Notes: generated by a model from the letters alone, not told the origin. Numbered from the stretch's first letter, positions 1 to 15,718 are shown. The stretch is 64,000 nt of DNA from Octopus vulgaris (GCA_951406725.2 OX597827.1:2356001-2420000); one strand, 5' to 3'. A program made the numbers and translations.

Positions 1-464
1 ATACAACGTCTAAAAATGCAGAGGGGATGGTCATGAGTGGAACGCTTTTGGTTATAAGATTGCTGGATCACAGAAGTGCTGTGTTAACATGGAAATAAAC
101 AACAACAAACATGTATATAAAATATCCCATCTTCTACAGTTAAGTAATAAAAACAAAACTTACAACAAAACATTCCCCTCTTCCCCCATACATTATAATG
201 ATAATCCGCGTAATTACTACCACAGCAGCCACCACAAATACAAACACCGCTAATGCCATTACCGCAAACACCATCATCGCCACAATCATAACTACATTCA
301 TCACCACCACCACCACCACCAACAACAACAACATCCCGATAAGAACAACAGCTAAAACAAGCATCACTACCACCATCACTACCATCGCCTCTACCACGAG
401 AAAAAACGATAACGAGAACAAATTTCAAATCCTTTCCTCTAATCTTAAACAAAACAAGCGCTAG

Positions 465-650
465 ATGATGATGATGATGACGACAATGATGATGATGATG
501 ATGAAGGAGAAGAGGAGGAGAGAGGGAGGAGGAGAGGAGGGAGAAGAAGAAGAAGAAGAAGAAGAAGAAGAAGAAGAAGAAGAAGAAGAAGAAGAAGAAG
601 AAGAAGAAGAAGAAGAAGAAGAAGGAAGAAGAAGAAGAAGAAGAGAGAGA
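465..650. repeat. (GAT)n/(GAA)n microsatellite
   Basis: Direct inspection. Confidence 0.95.
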
Positions 651-1915
651 GAGGATGGAGGTGCAAAGTAACCAAAACCTAAACAAATAGAAAATATATT
701 CTCAGAAAAAAAAATAAACGAAACCGATAAATAAAAAATAGAAACAAAGAAAATAAAGCAATAATGTAACAAATAAACAAATAAATTACAAAAAAAAAAA
801 ACGAAACCGAAAACGGAACGGAACGAAAAATCGACTCCCACTACCACCTACCCACCCCACCCCATCTGTCCCATGTCTTCACATCCTCTGTTCTAACCCG
901 TACCCTCATCCACCACTCATACACCAATTCTTTCTCCTTTCGTCCTTTGTCACAACAAATGAACTCATCAGATTGTCGAAGAAATGGAATAAAATAGACA
1001 GTTTTATCATGAAAATATAATTAGGGTCTTGTTGAAAATTGAGAGTTAATTCATGAGAATAGAGGGCTACAGAAAGGAAAACACACACAAATTTTGTATA
1101 GATTTCACCTCCAACGGCCGACCAAAAGCATTTTTTCCCCTTTCTTCCTTTATTTATTTATTTATTTATCTATTTATTTATTTATTTATTTTCACTTCTT
1201 GCCAACCTCTATTTTATTTATCGCCAATAATAAAACAGAGAAAATTGCAGAGAGAAAGCCAAAATAACAAACAAACAAACACACAAAAAAAACGTTAACA
1301 AGAAGGAATAAACGAATATAAAGAGGAAGAGATACAAGAAGAATAGGAAGAATGAGAAGTGAGAGAGAGAGAGAGCGAATAAAATATAAAGAGGGAAAAT
1401 GCAGGAAGAAAAAGAAAGTGGGTGTTGTTGCATGCACGAGGGAATGTAAGACGGTTCTTTAAAGAAATTCTAATGGCATGTCGTTAAAAATCTTCCCCCC
1501 AGGCTAAACTGGTCATCATTAGCATGTTATGGAAGGGAGTCAACTAAACGAGGATCGTTTCTATGTATGTGTTGTGTACGTGGGTAGGGGAGGTCAGAGT
1601 GTGAGGAAGGCGGTATTTAGATATGTGTGTGTATGTGCTTGTGTGTGTATGTGTGTGTGTGCTTGTGTGTAATATGTGTGCATGCATGAATGTATGCATT
1701 TAGGTATGTACGTATGAATGTGTACCTGTATGTCCCCCATCCCTCTCTCTCTCTATATATATATATATATGTGTGTATATATATGTATGTATGTATATAT
1801 ATATATGCGTATATATATATACATATATAGAAGAGAGTGTGTGTGTGTATATATACATACACATATACATGCACTTGTATAAGCGTATAAAGAAGTACAT
1901 ATAAATGCATCTATA

Positions 1916-1966
<51 letters not shown>

Positions 1967-2000
1967 TTCTCTTTCTATATATATATAGAGAGAGAGATAG

Positions 2001-2058
<58 letters not shown>

Positions 2059-2083
2059 GTAGGTAGGTAGGTAGGTAGGTAGG

Positions 2084-2122
<39 letters not shown>

Positions 2123-2790
2123 GTAGGTAGGTAAGGTAGGTAGGAGGTAGGTAGGTAAGTAGGTAGGTAGATAGATACTCGTATATATGTATATATCGAG
2201 AGAGAGAGAAATATATATATTTAAATATATATGTCTGTTTATATATCACATATATATGCACGGTTTCTGTATACACATGCATACAACCATACACACAGAT
2301 ACGTACATAACATACACACAAACACACGCAAACCTGGCACACACTTTGACTGTAAGTGTCTGTATGCGCTAATCTTTTGGACGACCCAACAACCTTGTAT
2401 TCATATCCATGTGTGCACACAAACGGAGAGAGATAAAAGAGAGCAAGGAAAAAAGAGAGGAAAGAGAAGAGGCAATTGGAGAGACAGAAGGGCAATAAAA
2501 ATTGTTTATACACAGATTTACATTCGCGTCTACCTATATTATCATTTCAGTGTAGATATATAATTATACATACATATATATTTATACACACACACACATA
2601 CAAACACACATACACACAAACACACAAACACATATGCATATATAACGAAGTCTATATGTATATCTATGTTTATTATGTCAGTGTGTAAATGCATTTATAC
2701 ATGTGTATATATATATATATATATATGCCATTATGTATGTATATGTACGCATATGCGTGCGTATTTGTCCATGTGTGTAGGTATCCATAC

Positions 2791-2835
<45 letters not shown>

Positions 2836-2854
2836 CGCATACATATATGCATAC

Positions 2855-2985
<131 letters not shown>

Positions 2986-3233
2986 TAGGAAAAGAGAGAG
3001 GGTGGGGAGAACAAAAGGAATAGAAAAAACACGAGACAGAAATAAGTAATGGGTTGATATGATCGGCTTAACCCTTGAAGGCGGTGCCCCAGTATGGCCT
3101 CAACCCAACGACAGGAACCAGTAATTTATATGTGTGTGTTTTTGCGATTGTATGTGCATCTATCTGTGTGTAAGGATATATTTAAATGCCATGCGCGTGT
3201 ATATGTATGCATGTGACGTGTATCTGTCGGTGT

Positions 3234-3264
<31 letters not shown>

Positions 3265-4276
3265 TTGTGGGATCTGTAGAAAATGTCCACGCGTTCTGAT
3301 TTCTTTCTAATACAATTAGTGAAACAGCATCAGATGAAATCAAAGTGAAGAAAATGAAGAAAAAATACGCGAAATAGGGTAAATGAAATAAATAAATAAA
3401 CAAATAATTAAATATATAAAACAACACACACATATACGCATGTAAGTATATATATAAATCTGTGTGTGTGTATGTAAAAACGCATACAAGACAAGAATCC
3501 AAAATGGAGGAAAAGAATTTCAAGAAACACAAATGCAAAAACGCGAGGCAAAATATCTTATAAAGACGAAACAAGACATGATTACAAAATCAAACAAGTG
3601 AAAATGTCAAGATTGTAAGCTCAGTCAGATGTTGTTTTCGACATAAATGTCACTAATTCTTCTCTCCTCCATCATGGAAATGTTACACACGCTTTATCGT
3701 TCACACATCATTTGTGCCTTTTGTTTTTATTACATTTTTATTATAGTTTTTTAAAGCTCTCCCTCTATCTCTCTCTCTCTTTTCTTTTTTCATTATTTCG
3801 GGCATTTATTTTCATTATTGTTATATTTTTGTTAGTTTTATATTTTTTTATATCTTTCTTATCTTTTATGTTTTATCACCATTATTATTATTATTTTCGT
3901 TTTTCTGCGCAATTATCATTACCTTCTGTTATTTTTTTTTTGCTTTTTTTTTTTTTTTCTCTTGAACTTTCCTCTGGAATATTCATCCAGGTTTCATCCC
4001 TTTCCCTCCGCCCTACCCACCCCATTCTTGATATGTATACGTACACAGACATGCATTTTGTATCCTTAATGATAATGATAATAAGGAGGAAGACAATGAT
4101 GGTGTGGTGTTGCTGTTGTTGTTGTTGATGATGGTGGTGGTGGTAGTAGTTGTCATGGCAACGGTGGCACTGATTGCGTGTGATTGTGTATGTGCCTGTA
4201 TATGTTTGCGCCTCTATTGGCATTCAAAATCTTCTTGGTGGTAAGGATGCACATAAATAAATAAATAAATAAATAT

Positions 4277-4330
<54 letters not shown>

Positions 4331-4336
4331 GGGGGA

Positions 4337-4497
4337 AGCGTAGGCCTGACTGCGTGATAAGAAGCTTGGTTCCCAACCACACTGTTCAGAGCTCAGTTTC
4401 GCTGTGTAGCACATTGGCCAAGAATCTTCTATTTCATGCCCGGGCGACCAAAGCCTTGTGAATCAATTTAGTAGACGAGAGCTGAAAGAAACTCGTC

Positions 4498-4547
<50 letters not shown>

Positions 4548-4735
4548 CTATGGGTAAGTGTTTTTGTGTTTGTGTTTGTCCACCATTGCCGCTTAACAAA
4601 CAGCATTACTTTGTTCATATCCCCATAACTTAACGGTTCGGCAAGAAAGAGAACGATATGATCTCGACAAATCTAAAAAAAAAAATAAATACTGGTGTCG
4701 ATTTCTTTGACTTAAACCATTCAAGGTTCTGCCCC
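4337..4735 (+). mobile_element. SINE family B
   Basis: Colinear with 9293-9762. Confidence 0.8.
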
Positions 4736-5001
4736 ATACATATATATATATAATTCAATGGCAGTTTCATTCGGTTCCGTGCAACTCCGAGTTCGAATCT
4801 CACCGAGGTATACTAAATTGCCTTTCATCCATTCGGGGTTCATAAAAGAAAGCAACAATGCTGCAGGTGAACTATTTGAGTATCGTATGGGATGTCTCGC
4901 TACATATCTACCAGCATTTATATATGAGTGTGTGTAACTCTGAATAGTATATAGATATACATACATTCATACATACATACATACATACATACATACATAC
5001 A

Positions 5002-5035
<34 letters not shown>

Positions 5036-5741
5036 CATACATACATACATGCATACATATATAAATACATACATACATACATACATACATACATACAATA
5101 GGGATTCAAAAATCAAGGTGTATTCAAACAGCGAAATGTCTTAATGTCCACAAAATGTTCTGATGAATAATCTTATTCATTACGTTACGACACAACTCTA
5201 TGTGTAGCATCTATATGTTTATTTATGCATATTTAGGGCGCTTTTGCGTATATGAAGTAACTTAATGTAGATTACGAAACAGCTGTAAATTTATGGAATA
5301 AATGTTTTTATCGCTTACTTCTGAATTTGATTGTGTGCGTGTGTTTGTATACACACACATACATAAGGGCACACAATAAATGAACATACATCTACATACA
5401 TATATTATTACAACATGTGTATATATCCGTATGTCAGTACATACAGAAATCGGATTTATATAAATACCTATACATGTTTAGTAGAACAGAGTCTACGTAT
5501 ATAGTTGTGTATGCATGTGTGTTTGCATGTGCGTGTGAGGTTATGTGAGGTGTTTGGATATATATATATATATATTTATGAATACATGCATGTATAGATA
5601 CCTACATACGTACATTAACACATATTCACCTGACAGCTGTCTCTATAGATGTATTGTGCGCAGTTAAAAGAAAATGGAAAAATGTGAAATTACTCCCCGT
5701 ATTGTACGTGCGGAATAAAGATCCCTTATTTTATTGTTACT

Positions 5742-5947
5742 GAGATGGCAGAACCGTCAAAGCATCGGACAAAATGCTTGTCCTCATTTCGTCGGTTTTT
5801 TGTTCTGAGTTCAAATTCCACCGAGATCAACATTACCTGTCATCCCTTCGATCTCGATGAAATTAGTTTCAGTTTGAACACCGAGGTAAATATAATCATT
5901 TAGCATCCACCTCAAAATCTCAGGCCTTCTGCCTACTTTAGTAAGGA
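5742..5947 (+). mobile_element. SINE family A, diverged
   Basis: GAGATGGCAGAACCG..TTCTGAGTTCAAATTCCACCGAG..CATCCCTTCG. Confidence 0.7.
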
Positions 5948-6327
5948 CTGGTTAGCAGAATTATATGATCAAGAACGTACGTAGATTCTTTTAGAATTAT
6001 GTTATCCAGTTTGTCATTTACAGGTTTTAAACGATAGTGTATGATATTATAAAGGTTTTGGTGCAATTTATAAGAGAGAGAGAAGTGACTTCAGAGAGAC
6101 TTCACATGTCTGGTCGTTCGGTAAAATTATTTCTATTAGGCGTGAATTGCAACCCATGAGATGGGATTATACATCTCTCTACTTTAATTTCTGACAATAT
6201 GATAGCAAACCTATCCGGAATGATAGGAGCTGAAAGAAGTGTTTGTTGTTATTATACTTCGTTTTGTCTTAAATGTATGACGGTTTTTTTTTTACATGTA
6301 TGACGTTTGTCTTAATCTATGACGTTG

Positions 6328-6570
6328 TGGAGGTGCGTGGCTTAGTGGTTAGGGTGTTGGACTCACAATCGTAAGATTGTGGTTTCAATTCCTGGACAGG
6401 GCGATGCGTTGTGTTCTTGGGCAAAACACTTCACTTCACGTCGCTCCAGTTCACTCAGATGTAGAAATAAGTTTAGTCTGGAGGGGAAAGAGCTCCGATA
6501 GGCTTTCTCGCCCTAGATAGGCTGCATGGCAACAGAGCCCCAACGACCTTTAAGGGGTTAAGGAACTTGC
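6328..6570 (+). mobile_element. tRNA-derived SINE family D
   Basis: TGGCTTAGTGGTTAG, GTTTCAATTCC, TTGTGTTCTTGGGCAAAACACTT..GCTCCAGTTCACTCAG. Confidence 0.75.
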
Positions 6571-6955
6571 CAGTTGTCAATGACGTTGACGTGTATCAAT
6601 AGATAAACCAGCTGCATCACCGTTGAAATATTTACGGTTTTGAATTCAAGCGTCGTTCCACCATTATTACTACAAACACTATCAACTTCTTCACTACCAC
6701 CAACACTATAGTTTCTACTGTCTTAGCACCACTCACACCACCACAGCTACTTTTACAACCGTTGGATACATAGCTAAAACCACCACTACTATCGCTACAC
6801 TCCAAGACTATTGCGGACTACAGACACTTTATTCTTGCCCACCACCTAATATCGCAACCACTGCCATTCTCTCCTGTAATCACCTTCATACCACCCGTCG
6901 CTATCCCTACCATGCTCAATCACTATCTTTAATGCCGTTACAACCATCGACCACG

Positions 6956-6992
<37 letters not shown>

Positions 6993-7272
6993 AAACTACC
7001 TGTATATTTGAGAGGAATTACCGCCAGCGCCATCAGTCCTAACACCATCACTAATATCACCACGACCATTAACACCTCCATCTCCACCACCACCACCACC
7101 ACCACCACCACCACCACCACCCTAATTACCACTGTATTCTACAAAAGTAGAGTTATGTAGTTATCCATGTAATTACTAACCGAGCAGATGCGACCAAATA
7201 CACCAATAGACACACAACACAAATTATACACAGAAACTACATACGTGTGTGTGTGTGTACAGAGATAGAAGT

Positions 7273-7318
<46 letters not shown>

Positions 7319-7473
7319 GATACAAACACATATATGCAGACACACATATATATATATATACAATACACATATAGTTCTTTGTATTCATTCCATCGCCAAT
7401 ACGCTCTAATAAGAAAACTCTTCCTAAATTATCTCTCCTTTCTCTTCAGTTAGTTCTTATGCTTCGTACTAAT

Positions 7474-7555
<82 letters not shown>

Positions 7556-9292
7556 GTATGTATGCATGCATGCATGTATGTATGTATGTGTATATATGTA
7601 TATATATATATACATATATATATATATACATATATATATGTATATCTGTAAATATAATGTGACAATTATGTATATATGTATATATATGTATACATATTTG
7701 CATGCATATATAATGTATATGATATAATGTAAATCTATGTTTGTATATATATATGTATATATATATACAGAGAGAGAGAGAGAGAGAGATAGATAGATAG
7801 AAAGATAGATAGATAGATATACATATATATATACATACACATATGTGTGTGGGGATGTGTGTGTGTATGTATGCGGGTGTGCATGATTATGTATGCATGT
7901 GTTGGTGTATGTGTGTGTGTACGTGTGTGCATACGTATGTATGCATGTATTGGTCTATGTGTGTATGTGAATAAGCACACACACATATACATATGAGTGT
8001 GTGTTTGTATATATTACTCATTATTTATTTATACATTTTTAATAAATCTGTTTTTTTGTTTAAATCCTACATCTTCTAATATTACAAAACATTATTATCG
8101 TCTGCTTACTCTCTACCGTTTTATTTTCAAACTTTTATCCATATTCGTATTTTAAATAGTTTCTGAAAATTTTTTTTGTAGAAAAAAAAGAAATATATTC
8201 AATTTTACTCTACGCGGTTTGTTATATTTTCTGTTAGTTTTAAAATGTTCTGTTTTATTGCTTCTTTTTCTACAAACAAAAACTGAAGTATTTTAGAAGA
8301 TTACTTAAACTAAGTACCGTGCTGTTTTTATTCTCAGTCTCCTGTTCAGCTAGTGTGTACGGATAAAGTCTGTGTGCGTGTGTGTGTTTTTGAGAAACAG
8401 AGAGAGTGAGAGCTAGTGTATGTGTGTGTATGTATACATATATGAATATACATAGATATAAATAGATGGATGTGTGGATGGATTGGCGGATGGACGGTTG
8501 GATGGATGGATGGATGGATAGATAGATAGTATACCTTGTAAGAATAATATAGTTTAAATGAGTACTCAATATTCTTAGATATATTTAAGTTAGCACAAAG
8601 CCGTTTGAGTGAATATGTTTACACACACACATACACACATAAACACACACACACACACATGTATATATATATATATATATATATATATGTTATATACATA
8701 TATAAATCTATATATACATTTGATAGATACATATATATATACTGTATATATATATATATATGCATACATACAGTGCATATACATATATTGTGTGTATATA
8801 TGTATATATATATATATATATATGTATATAATATGTGTGTGTATATAAATGTGTGTGTATATGTATGTATATATGTATATATATGTATGTATGTATATAT
8901 ATATATATATATATGCATATGCGTTTTGGCGTTTTCTAAAATTCTGCATTCCACAAAGTTTTACAGAAGTTACAGTGCAGGTAATTCTTCAGATACTAAT
9001 AATCTAAGTGGTAGGGCGGTCACGAGTCTTGAAATAAACTCAGCTCTATAGTATAATTTCTGTGTATCACAAGATGGAAACGACTGGCAGATAAATGTTA
9101 CGTGCAGTAGAGACTGCTGAAGAAATGTTAACTCTGGCGCAACGAATAAAAGTTGCTTTTCTGCATCTCATTACAAATTCCTGTAATATTTCCATTCATG
9201 AAATACGTCTCATCGGCTAATGGCTAAATTGCCGAATACAGAGCTCTACCGATGACTTATATATCTAGCAACAAATCTATCTCCTTCCTTTC

Positions 9293-9456
9293 AGACGCAG
9301 GCCTGGCTGTGTGGCAAGAAGAAGCTTGCTTCCTAACCACATGGTTCCGGGTTCAGTCCCACTGTGAGGCACTTTGGACAAGTGTCTTCTACTACAGCTT
9401 CGGGCCGACCAAAGCCTCGTGAGTGGATTTGGTAGACGGAAACTGAAAGAAGCTCG

Positions 9457-9524
<68 letters not shown>

Positions 9525-9762
9525 GCGGCGTTTATGTATGTGTGAGTGTGTCTTTGCCTCTGTGTTTGTTAACCTCATCACCGCTTGACAACCGGTGTTG
9601 GCGTGTTTACGTCTCCGCAATTTGGAGGATCGAGAAAAAGAACTGATAGAATAAGTACTAAGCTTTAAAGAAAAATGTATTGGGGTCGATTTGTTTGACT
9701 AAAACCCTTCAAAGGCCGTGCTCCAGCATGGCCGCAGACAAATGACTGAAACTAGTAAAAGA
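9293..9762 (+). mobile_element. tRNA-derived SINE family B (CORE-like, internal TA microsatellite)
   Basis: TGGCTGTGTGG box A, GGTTCAGTCCC box B, ACTTTGGACAAGT CORE-like motif, tail GCTCCAGCATGGCCGCAG..GAAACTAGTAAAAG. Confidence 0.85.
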
Positions 9763-10069
9763 ATCCCAATATCCTGCCTACCCAGCATTATGCCCCAACC
9801 TATTCACCTAGTTGTATATCTTTACATCTGCCAAACAATTCCAGTACGAATATTCTTGCCAATTTACCATTATCTTAAGCGAAACCAATTCTATCTGGCA
9901 CCAAGACGATTTCACTGCTCTCACCTTCAAAGTTGATACGGATAACAACACTATCACCTCACCTCGACATCAATGAAACTGCTTCGCTGTCATCGTTGGT
10001 ACAAGTATCTTTCGTTATCAGTTTAATCATAATTATCATCTACAGTATCTGGAGCTAATATGAAGAACA

Positions 10070-10860
10070 AAATAATTACCACCACCACCAACAACAACAA
10101 CGACAACACAAACACCACCACCGCCGCCACCATAACAGCTACCACCACCACTATCACAATGACTACCATGACCACCACCACAACCACCACCATCACCGTA
10201 CCATCACCGATACCATTATCACCACCACCATCAATACCAGCATCAGAACTACCACCATCACCTTCACCACCATCACCACAACCACCACCACCATCACCAC
10301 AACCACCACCACCATCACCACAACCACCACCACCATCACCACAACCACCACCATCGTCATCACTGTCACTACGAAAACATCACTACCACCACCACTATCA
10401 CCACCAGCACCACCACTACAATCACCATTACTGCTACCATCACCACCACCACTACCACCACCACCACCACTACCACGTATGCTATCACCGCTACCGCAAC
10501 CACTACCACCACCATCACCAGCACCATCAACCACCACCTTCACCTCCACCACTACCACTACCACGTATGCAATCACACTCATCAGAACCAGCCTCATAAT
10601 CGCATGTCACTATGGCAACCACTACATAAACAACTTGAACCGCCATCGTCAGCAGCATCACTATTAAGCGATATCGTCCTAAAAACAGCCGCAGATATCC
10701 CTCTCAAAAGCAACCATCAAAGCACAGCGGCCACACTGTCGGAACTGGCTTCACCGTCCACACTGCCGCCACCACCACCGTCATCATCACTACCACCACC
10801 ACCATCATCACCATCATCATCATCATCGTCATCATCGTAATCATCATCATCATCATCATC

Positions 10861-10892
<32 letters not shown>

Positions 10893-10954
10893 CGTCGTCA
10901 TCATCATCATCATCATCAACGTCGTCGTCATCATCATCATCATCATCATCGTCG

Positions 10955-11002
<48 letters not shown>

Positions 11003-11290
11003 CTAACATCCTCATTAACACCATCATCATCATCCTCGTCGTCGTCATCATCATCGTCATCATCACCATCATCAACGTCGTCGTCGTCGTCATCATCATC
11101 ATCATCATCACCTTCATCAACGTCATTTTTGTCCCACATTGAATCCGCCGCTATCATTATTACCACCACCACCACCACCAGTACCACCACCATCACCACC
11201 ACTGACACTACTACCACCACCGCCGTCGCTGCCGCCACCACCACCACCACCATGAAAACCAACAGCAGCATCACCACAATCATCATCATG
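10070..11290. repeat. Compound (CAC)/(CAT) trinucleotide field
   Basis: Direct inspection. Confidence 0.95.
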
Positions 11291-11360
11291 ATGCTTGTGT
11301 TTTAAATATATGGGCAGTATAAGTATGAGAGGGTATATTTATAAGCTTTGGATGAGTGTA

Positions 11361-11408
<48 letters not shown>

Positions 11409-12409
11409 TGTGCGTGTTTGAGTATGTGTGTTTGTGTGTGTGTGTGTGCGCGCTGTGTACATCATTACCAATTTGGAAACCTTCAGAATCAATTACTTTT
11501 TCTTCAATGCTTCAGACTCAACACGATTCACCAATTTGGTTTCCAATTAGAATTTTAAATGAATTACACAAACTCTCATAACAAGCAATAACAATGATAA
11601 TGACAGCTAGCACCACCACTGCCAGGTGGGGGTGGCGAGAGGTGGGGGGGTAGTTGGTGGGGAGGAGGTGGGTGGTGGGTGGTTATAATGATGGTTGTAA
11701 TGGTGGTGGTGGTGGTGGTGGTGGTGGTGATGGTCGTGGTGGTAACGGTTGTAATGTTCATGATGATGAGGATGAAGATGAAGAGGAGGATGAAGTGGAG
11801 GAAGAGTAAGAAAAACAAAAGGAAGAGGAAGAAAAGAAGAAGGAAGATGGGACATCGGTGGTGGTGGTTGTTGTGGTAGTGGTCGTCGTCGTCGTCGTTG
11901 CAGTTATGCTTATGATGATGATGATGGTGTTGATGATGATGAAGAGGAGAAGGAGGAGGAGGAGGAGGAGAAGGTGGAGGAAGACAACGATGACAATGAT
12001 GATGATAGCAGTGAAGATAATGCTGTTCATAGTAATGTTGGTGGTTATGATGGTGATGGTTTTAGCAATGATGATGATGATGATGATAAAATTAATGTTG
12101 ATACGAACATACGATACAATAGCAAATAATAGTCTGACTCATTCTTCGTCGGTCTCGGCGATAAGCATCCAGTTGCTTTAGTCACAGAGTCTCTACTTCT
12201 GTAATTGGCATGTAGCTGAGTATTCCGCAGTTATATGCGTCCTTAACATAAATTTCAGGTCCAATGACCACCACATGGGCGGGCACTTTAATTATTGCTA
12301 CAACCTGAAGAAGACATGGAGAATGCAATGGAAGTTGAAGAGAATCAATCATAGTACTCTAGACTGGTAATTTATCGATCCCGATACGATACTTATGCAT
12401 GAGTGGGTG

Positions 12410-12690
12410 CGGGTGCGTGGCCTCACTCGTGGTCGCAAGACCGTGGTTTCGTTCCTGGACCGGGTGGTGCGCTGTGTTCTTGAGTAAGGCTCTTCACTTC
12501 ATGTTGCTCTACACTCACTCCAACACCTGGTGTGTGGTACAGCGTAAGCCATTCCAGGCAACGTCGATTTGACTGAGGCAATAAGCTCAAAGACGGAACG
12601 TTTGATCACAATACACAAATCATCTGAGCTGATTGTTCAGCATGAGTTTGGATAACCCACATCTGTCTTTTACGATCGAAGAGTCCACCA
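12410..12690 (+). mobile_element. SINE family D, diverged
   Basis: GTGGTTTCGTTCCTGGACCGGG..TGTGTTCTTGAGTAAGGCTCTTCACTTCATGTTGCTC. Confidence 0.65.
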
Positions 12691-12837
12691 TGCATGCATA
12701 AATATATGTATGCATTTATGCATGCATGTATGAATGTATGTATGTATGTATGTATGTATGTATGTATGTATGTATTATATCGCTATACATGTATATATGA
12801 ATGTATGTATGGGTAAATATACATATACTTATATGTG

Positions 12838-12871
<34 letters not shown>

Positions 12872-13296
12872 CATATACATTCACAAACACACGTATATGT
12901 GTATGTATGTATGTAAGTATGTACGTATGTATGTCTATCTCTTCCGATTTGTGCTTCACGCCTATCGTCACCTTATTGGCCATTCGGTTGCTTGTTCTCT
13001 CTTTCATTTGTCAACTTTACTAGAAGCCTATCTCTTTCGTTTTCTTCATACTCTGTTATTCTAACTCTATTTCCAGAAATTGCTTTTCTATGAGTCCCTT
13101 TCCGGTGGTCAGTCCATAATATGTCTTTTGCAAGAATTAATAATTTTCATATCACTTATTGATTGGTTAGTTCAATGTTAATCCTGTGTCTGTCGTTTAC
13201 GTCAACCATATCCTGTTTTGCGAAAATTACCCTTCTGATGATATCAGAAACATTTTTACTGACTCCATACACACATGCACGCACACACACGCACGC

Positions 13297-13353
<57 letters not shown>

Positions 13354-13388
13354 TGCTTATATATGTATGTATATATACGGATCTATTA

Positions 13389-13511
<123 letters not shown>

Positions 13512-13895
13512 AATCAATATATATATATATATATATATACATACAACAATATAGCTAGTAGACAAAACAACACAGTGGATGACGCAACCAACGGCAGATG
13601 CGTGACAACTATTGATTCGACTGAATAATTGGCTTAGAACTTACCATATTCCATATCAAGTTAAAAAATAATAATTAGAAATCCAAAGAAACTACTGAAG
13701 ATCTGCATAAGCAACAAAGATGCCAAAGAAATTGTATGCATCAGTAATTTCGATTATTAGGTGACGTTTTCATCTATTAACTCATTTTTGGCATTCCGCC
13801 TTTCATTGCTTGACCACTCTAACAAAGGCCCTCTATCCAAACGTTAGACTTTTGTTTCACTTCTCGCAGTGACCAAGCTTCTTTCTATCTATCTA

Positions 13896-13958
<63 letters not shown>

Positions 13959-13986
13959 CACATGCACACACACACATACATATATA

Positions 13987-14839
13987 CGAGGTCTGATCAA
14001 TAAGTATCCGGACTGTTGTCATAGTAACGAAGCTAAGGCATGCAGATTAAAGCCGCTTGGCAAAGATTGACAATGAACTCCGCTGTGCATGCGCACTAAG
14101 CTTTAACGTTTTAGCTCACTTCCGCTCTTTACAGCAAGGCTTGGAAGGAAGGTGTGTAGCGTGTGATCGTCGTATTGACCATGACAGAAAGTTGTCATGT
14201 CGATACCTGCTCAGTGGCCTACGCAAAGTTGCAGAAAGTGTATGGAGAGGAGTGTATGAGCCACGCACAAGTCTATGAGTGGTTCAAACGTTTCCAAGTT
14301 GGCCGAAAAATGTCGATATTGACGAACGTCTGGGAGACTCGCAGAATTGAGAAAACATCGCAGATGAACGTGCAACTGTGAGGGGGAAATCGTTGAATTA
14401 TCGACCGTGGGTTATGAGAGGATGTGTAGATTAGTTACGGTTCAGTTAAGTCCATTATCACCGAAGATTCGAGTATGAGACGCGTGTCTGCCAAGTTTGT
14501 GCCAAAACTGCTTTCAGCTGACCAAAAAGACACTCGGGTTTCAGTTGCACAAGAGCTCCTTGATTGTGTCGAGAACGATGAAAACTTCTTGAAAACTTTA
14601 CATAGGCCTCTGAGCAGATTCTCAGCTTAGCTTTATCAATGACTGTCAATGCGACAATCACACGCTACACACCTTCATTCCAAGCTCTACTGTAAACGGC
14701 AGAAGTGGGCTTAGAACGTTAAAACACTCAGTGCGCTTGACATCAGAGTTCAAGGTCAATCTGCGCCAAGCGGCTTTACCCTGCGTTCTTTAGCTTCGTT
14801 ACTATAGCAACAATACGGATATTTAACGATCGGACGACG
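13987..14839 (+). mobile_element. Non-autonomous Tc1/mariner derivative with degraded transposase N-terminus
   Basis: TA-CGAGGTCTGATCAATAAGTATCCG ... CGGATATTTAACGATCGGACGACG-TA termini; peptides AYAKLQKVYGEECMSHAQVYEWFKRF (mariner HTH) and MRRVSAKFVPKLLSADQK (WVPxxL-like). Confidence 0.85.
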
Positions 14840-15271
14840 TAACGTGCAACAGTGTCTTAACTAGAAACAGAAAACTGGCAGAGTCCTTAAAATGTTGGAT
14901 AGACTACTTTGCACTATTTGGTCCTACTCTGTGCATTCTGAGTTCAAATCGCAACGACGTCCAAGTTAGTTGCAGATTTGTTTTGGGGACAGACAAAAAG
15001 AAAAAAGCAAATAACAAGCAAAAAAAAAAAAAAGCTGAATTGTCAGAGTGTGGAACTTGATAGCTTGTTGCGTCCATTCTGAGCTTAATTACCGCCTCTC
15101 ACCCCGTTGACTAGGAATGACTAATTAATCAAACAACAAATCCTTTATTTAGATTGACTTCAAAAATTTAGGGATAACAAAACGCAAATAATATACGTCG
15201 AGGATTCCTGAAACATAAATCTATTTCACAGCAGGAGATACAACTGAATGTGGTGTCAAGGGAGGCCGTTG

Positions 15272-15361
<90 letters not shown>

Positions 15362-15398
15362 TACATACAAATATTTATATATATAAAAATGGTATATA

Positions 15399-15429
<31 letters not shown>

Positions 15430-15641
15430 TTATATATATACATACACTCTTACACACAAACACACATATATAAATACATATATATATTCATATATATATG
15501 TATATACAAATATTTATATATATAAAAATTGTATATACATGTATGTGTATATATATATATATATATATACATACAGTCTTACACACACACACACATATAT
15601 ATATATACAAATATTTATATATATAAAAATTATATATATAT

Positions 15642-15718
<77 letters not shown>

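Noticed and set aside
10060-11289. Pro/His-rich and poly-Asp ORFs
   Set aside because: Trinucleotide microsatellite open in several frames; no splice or domain evidence
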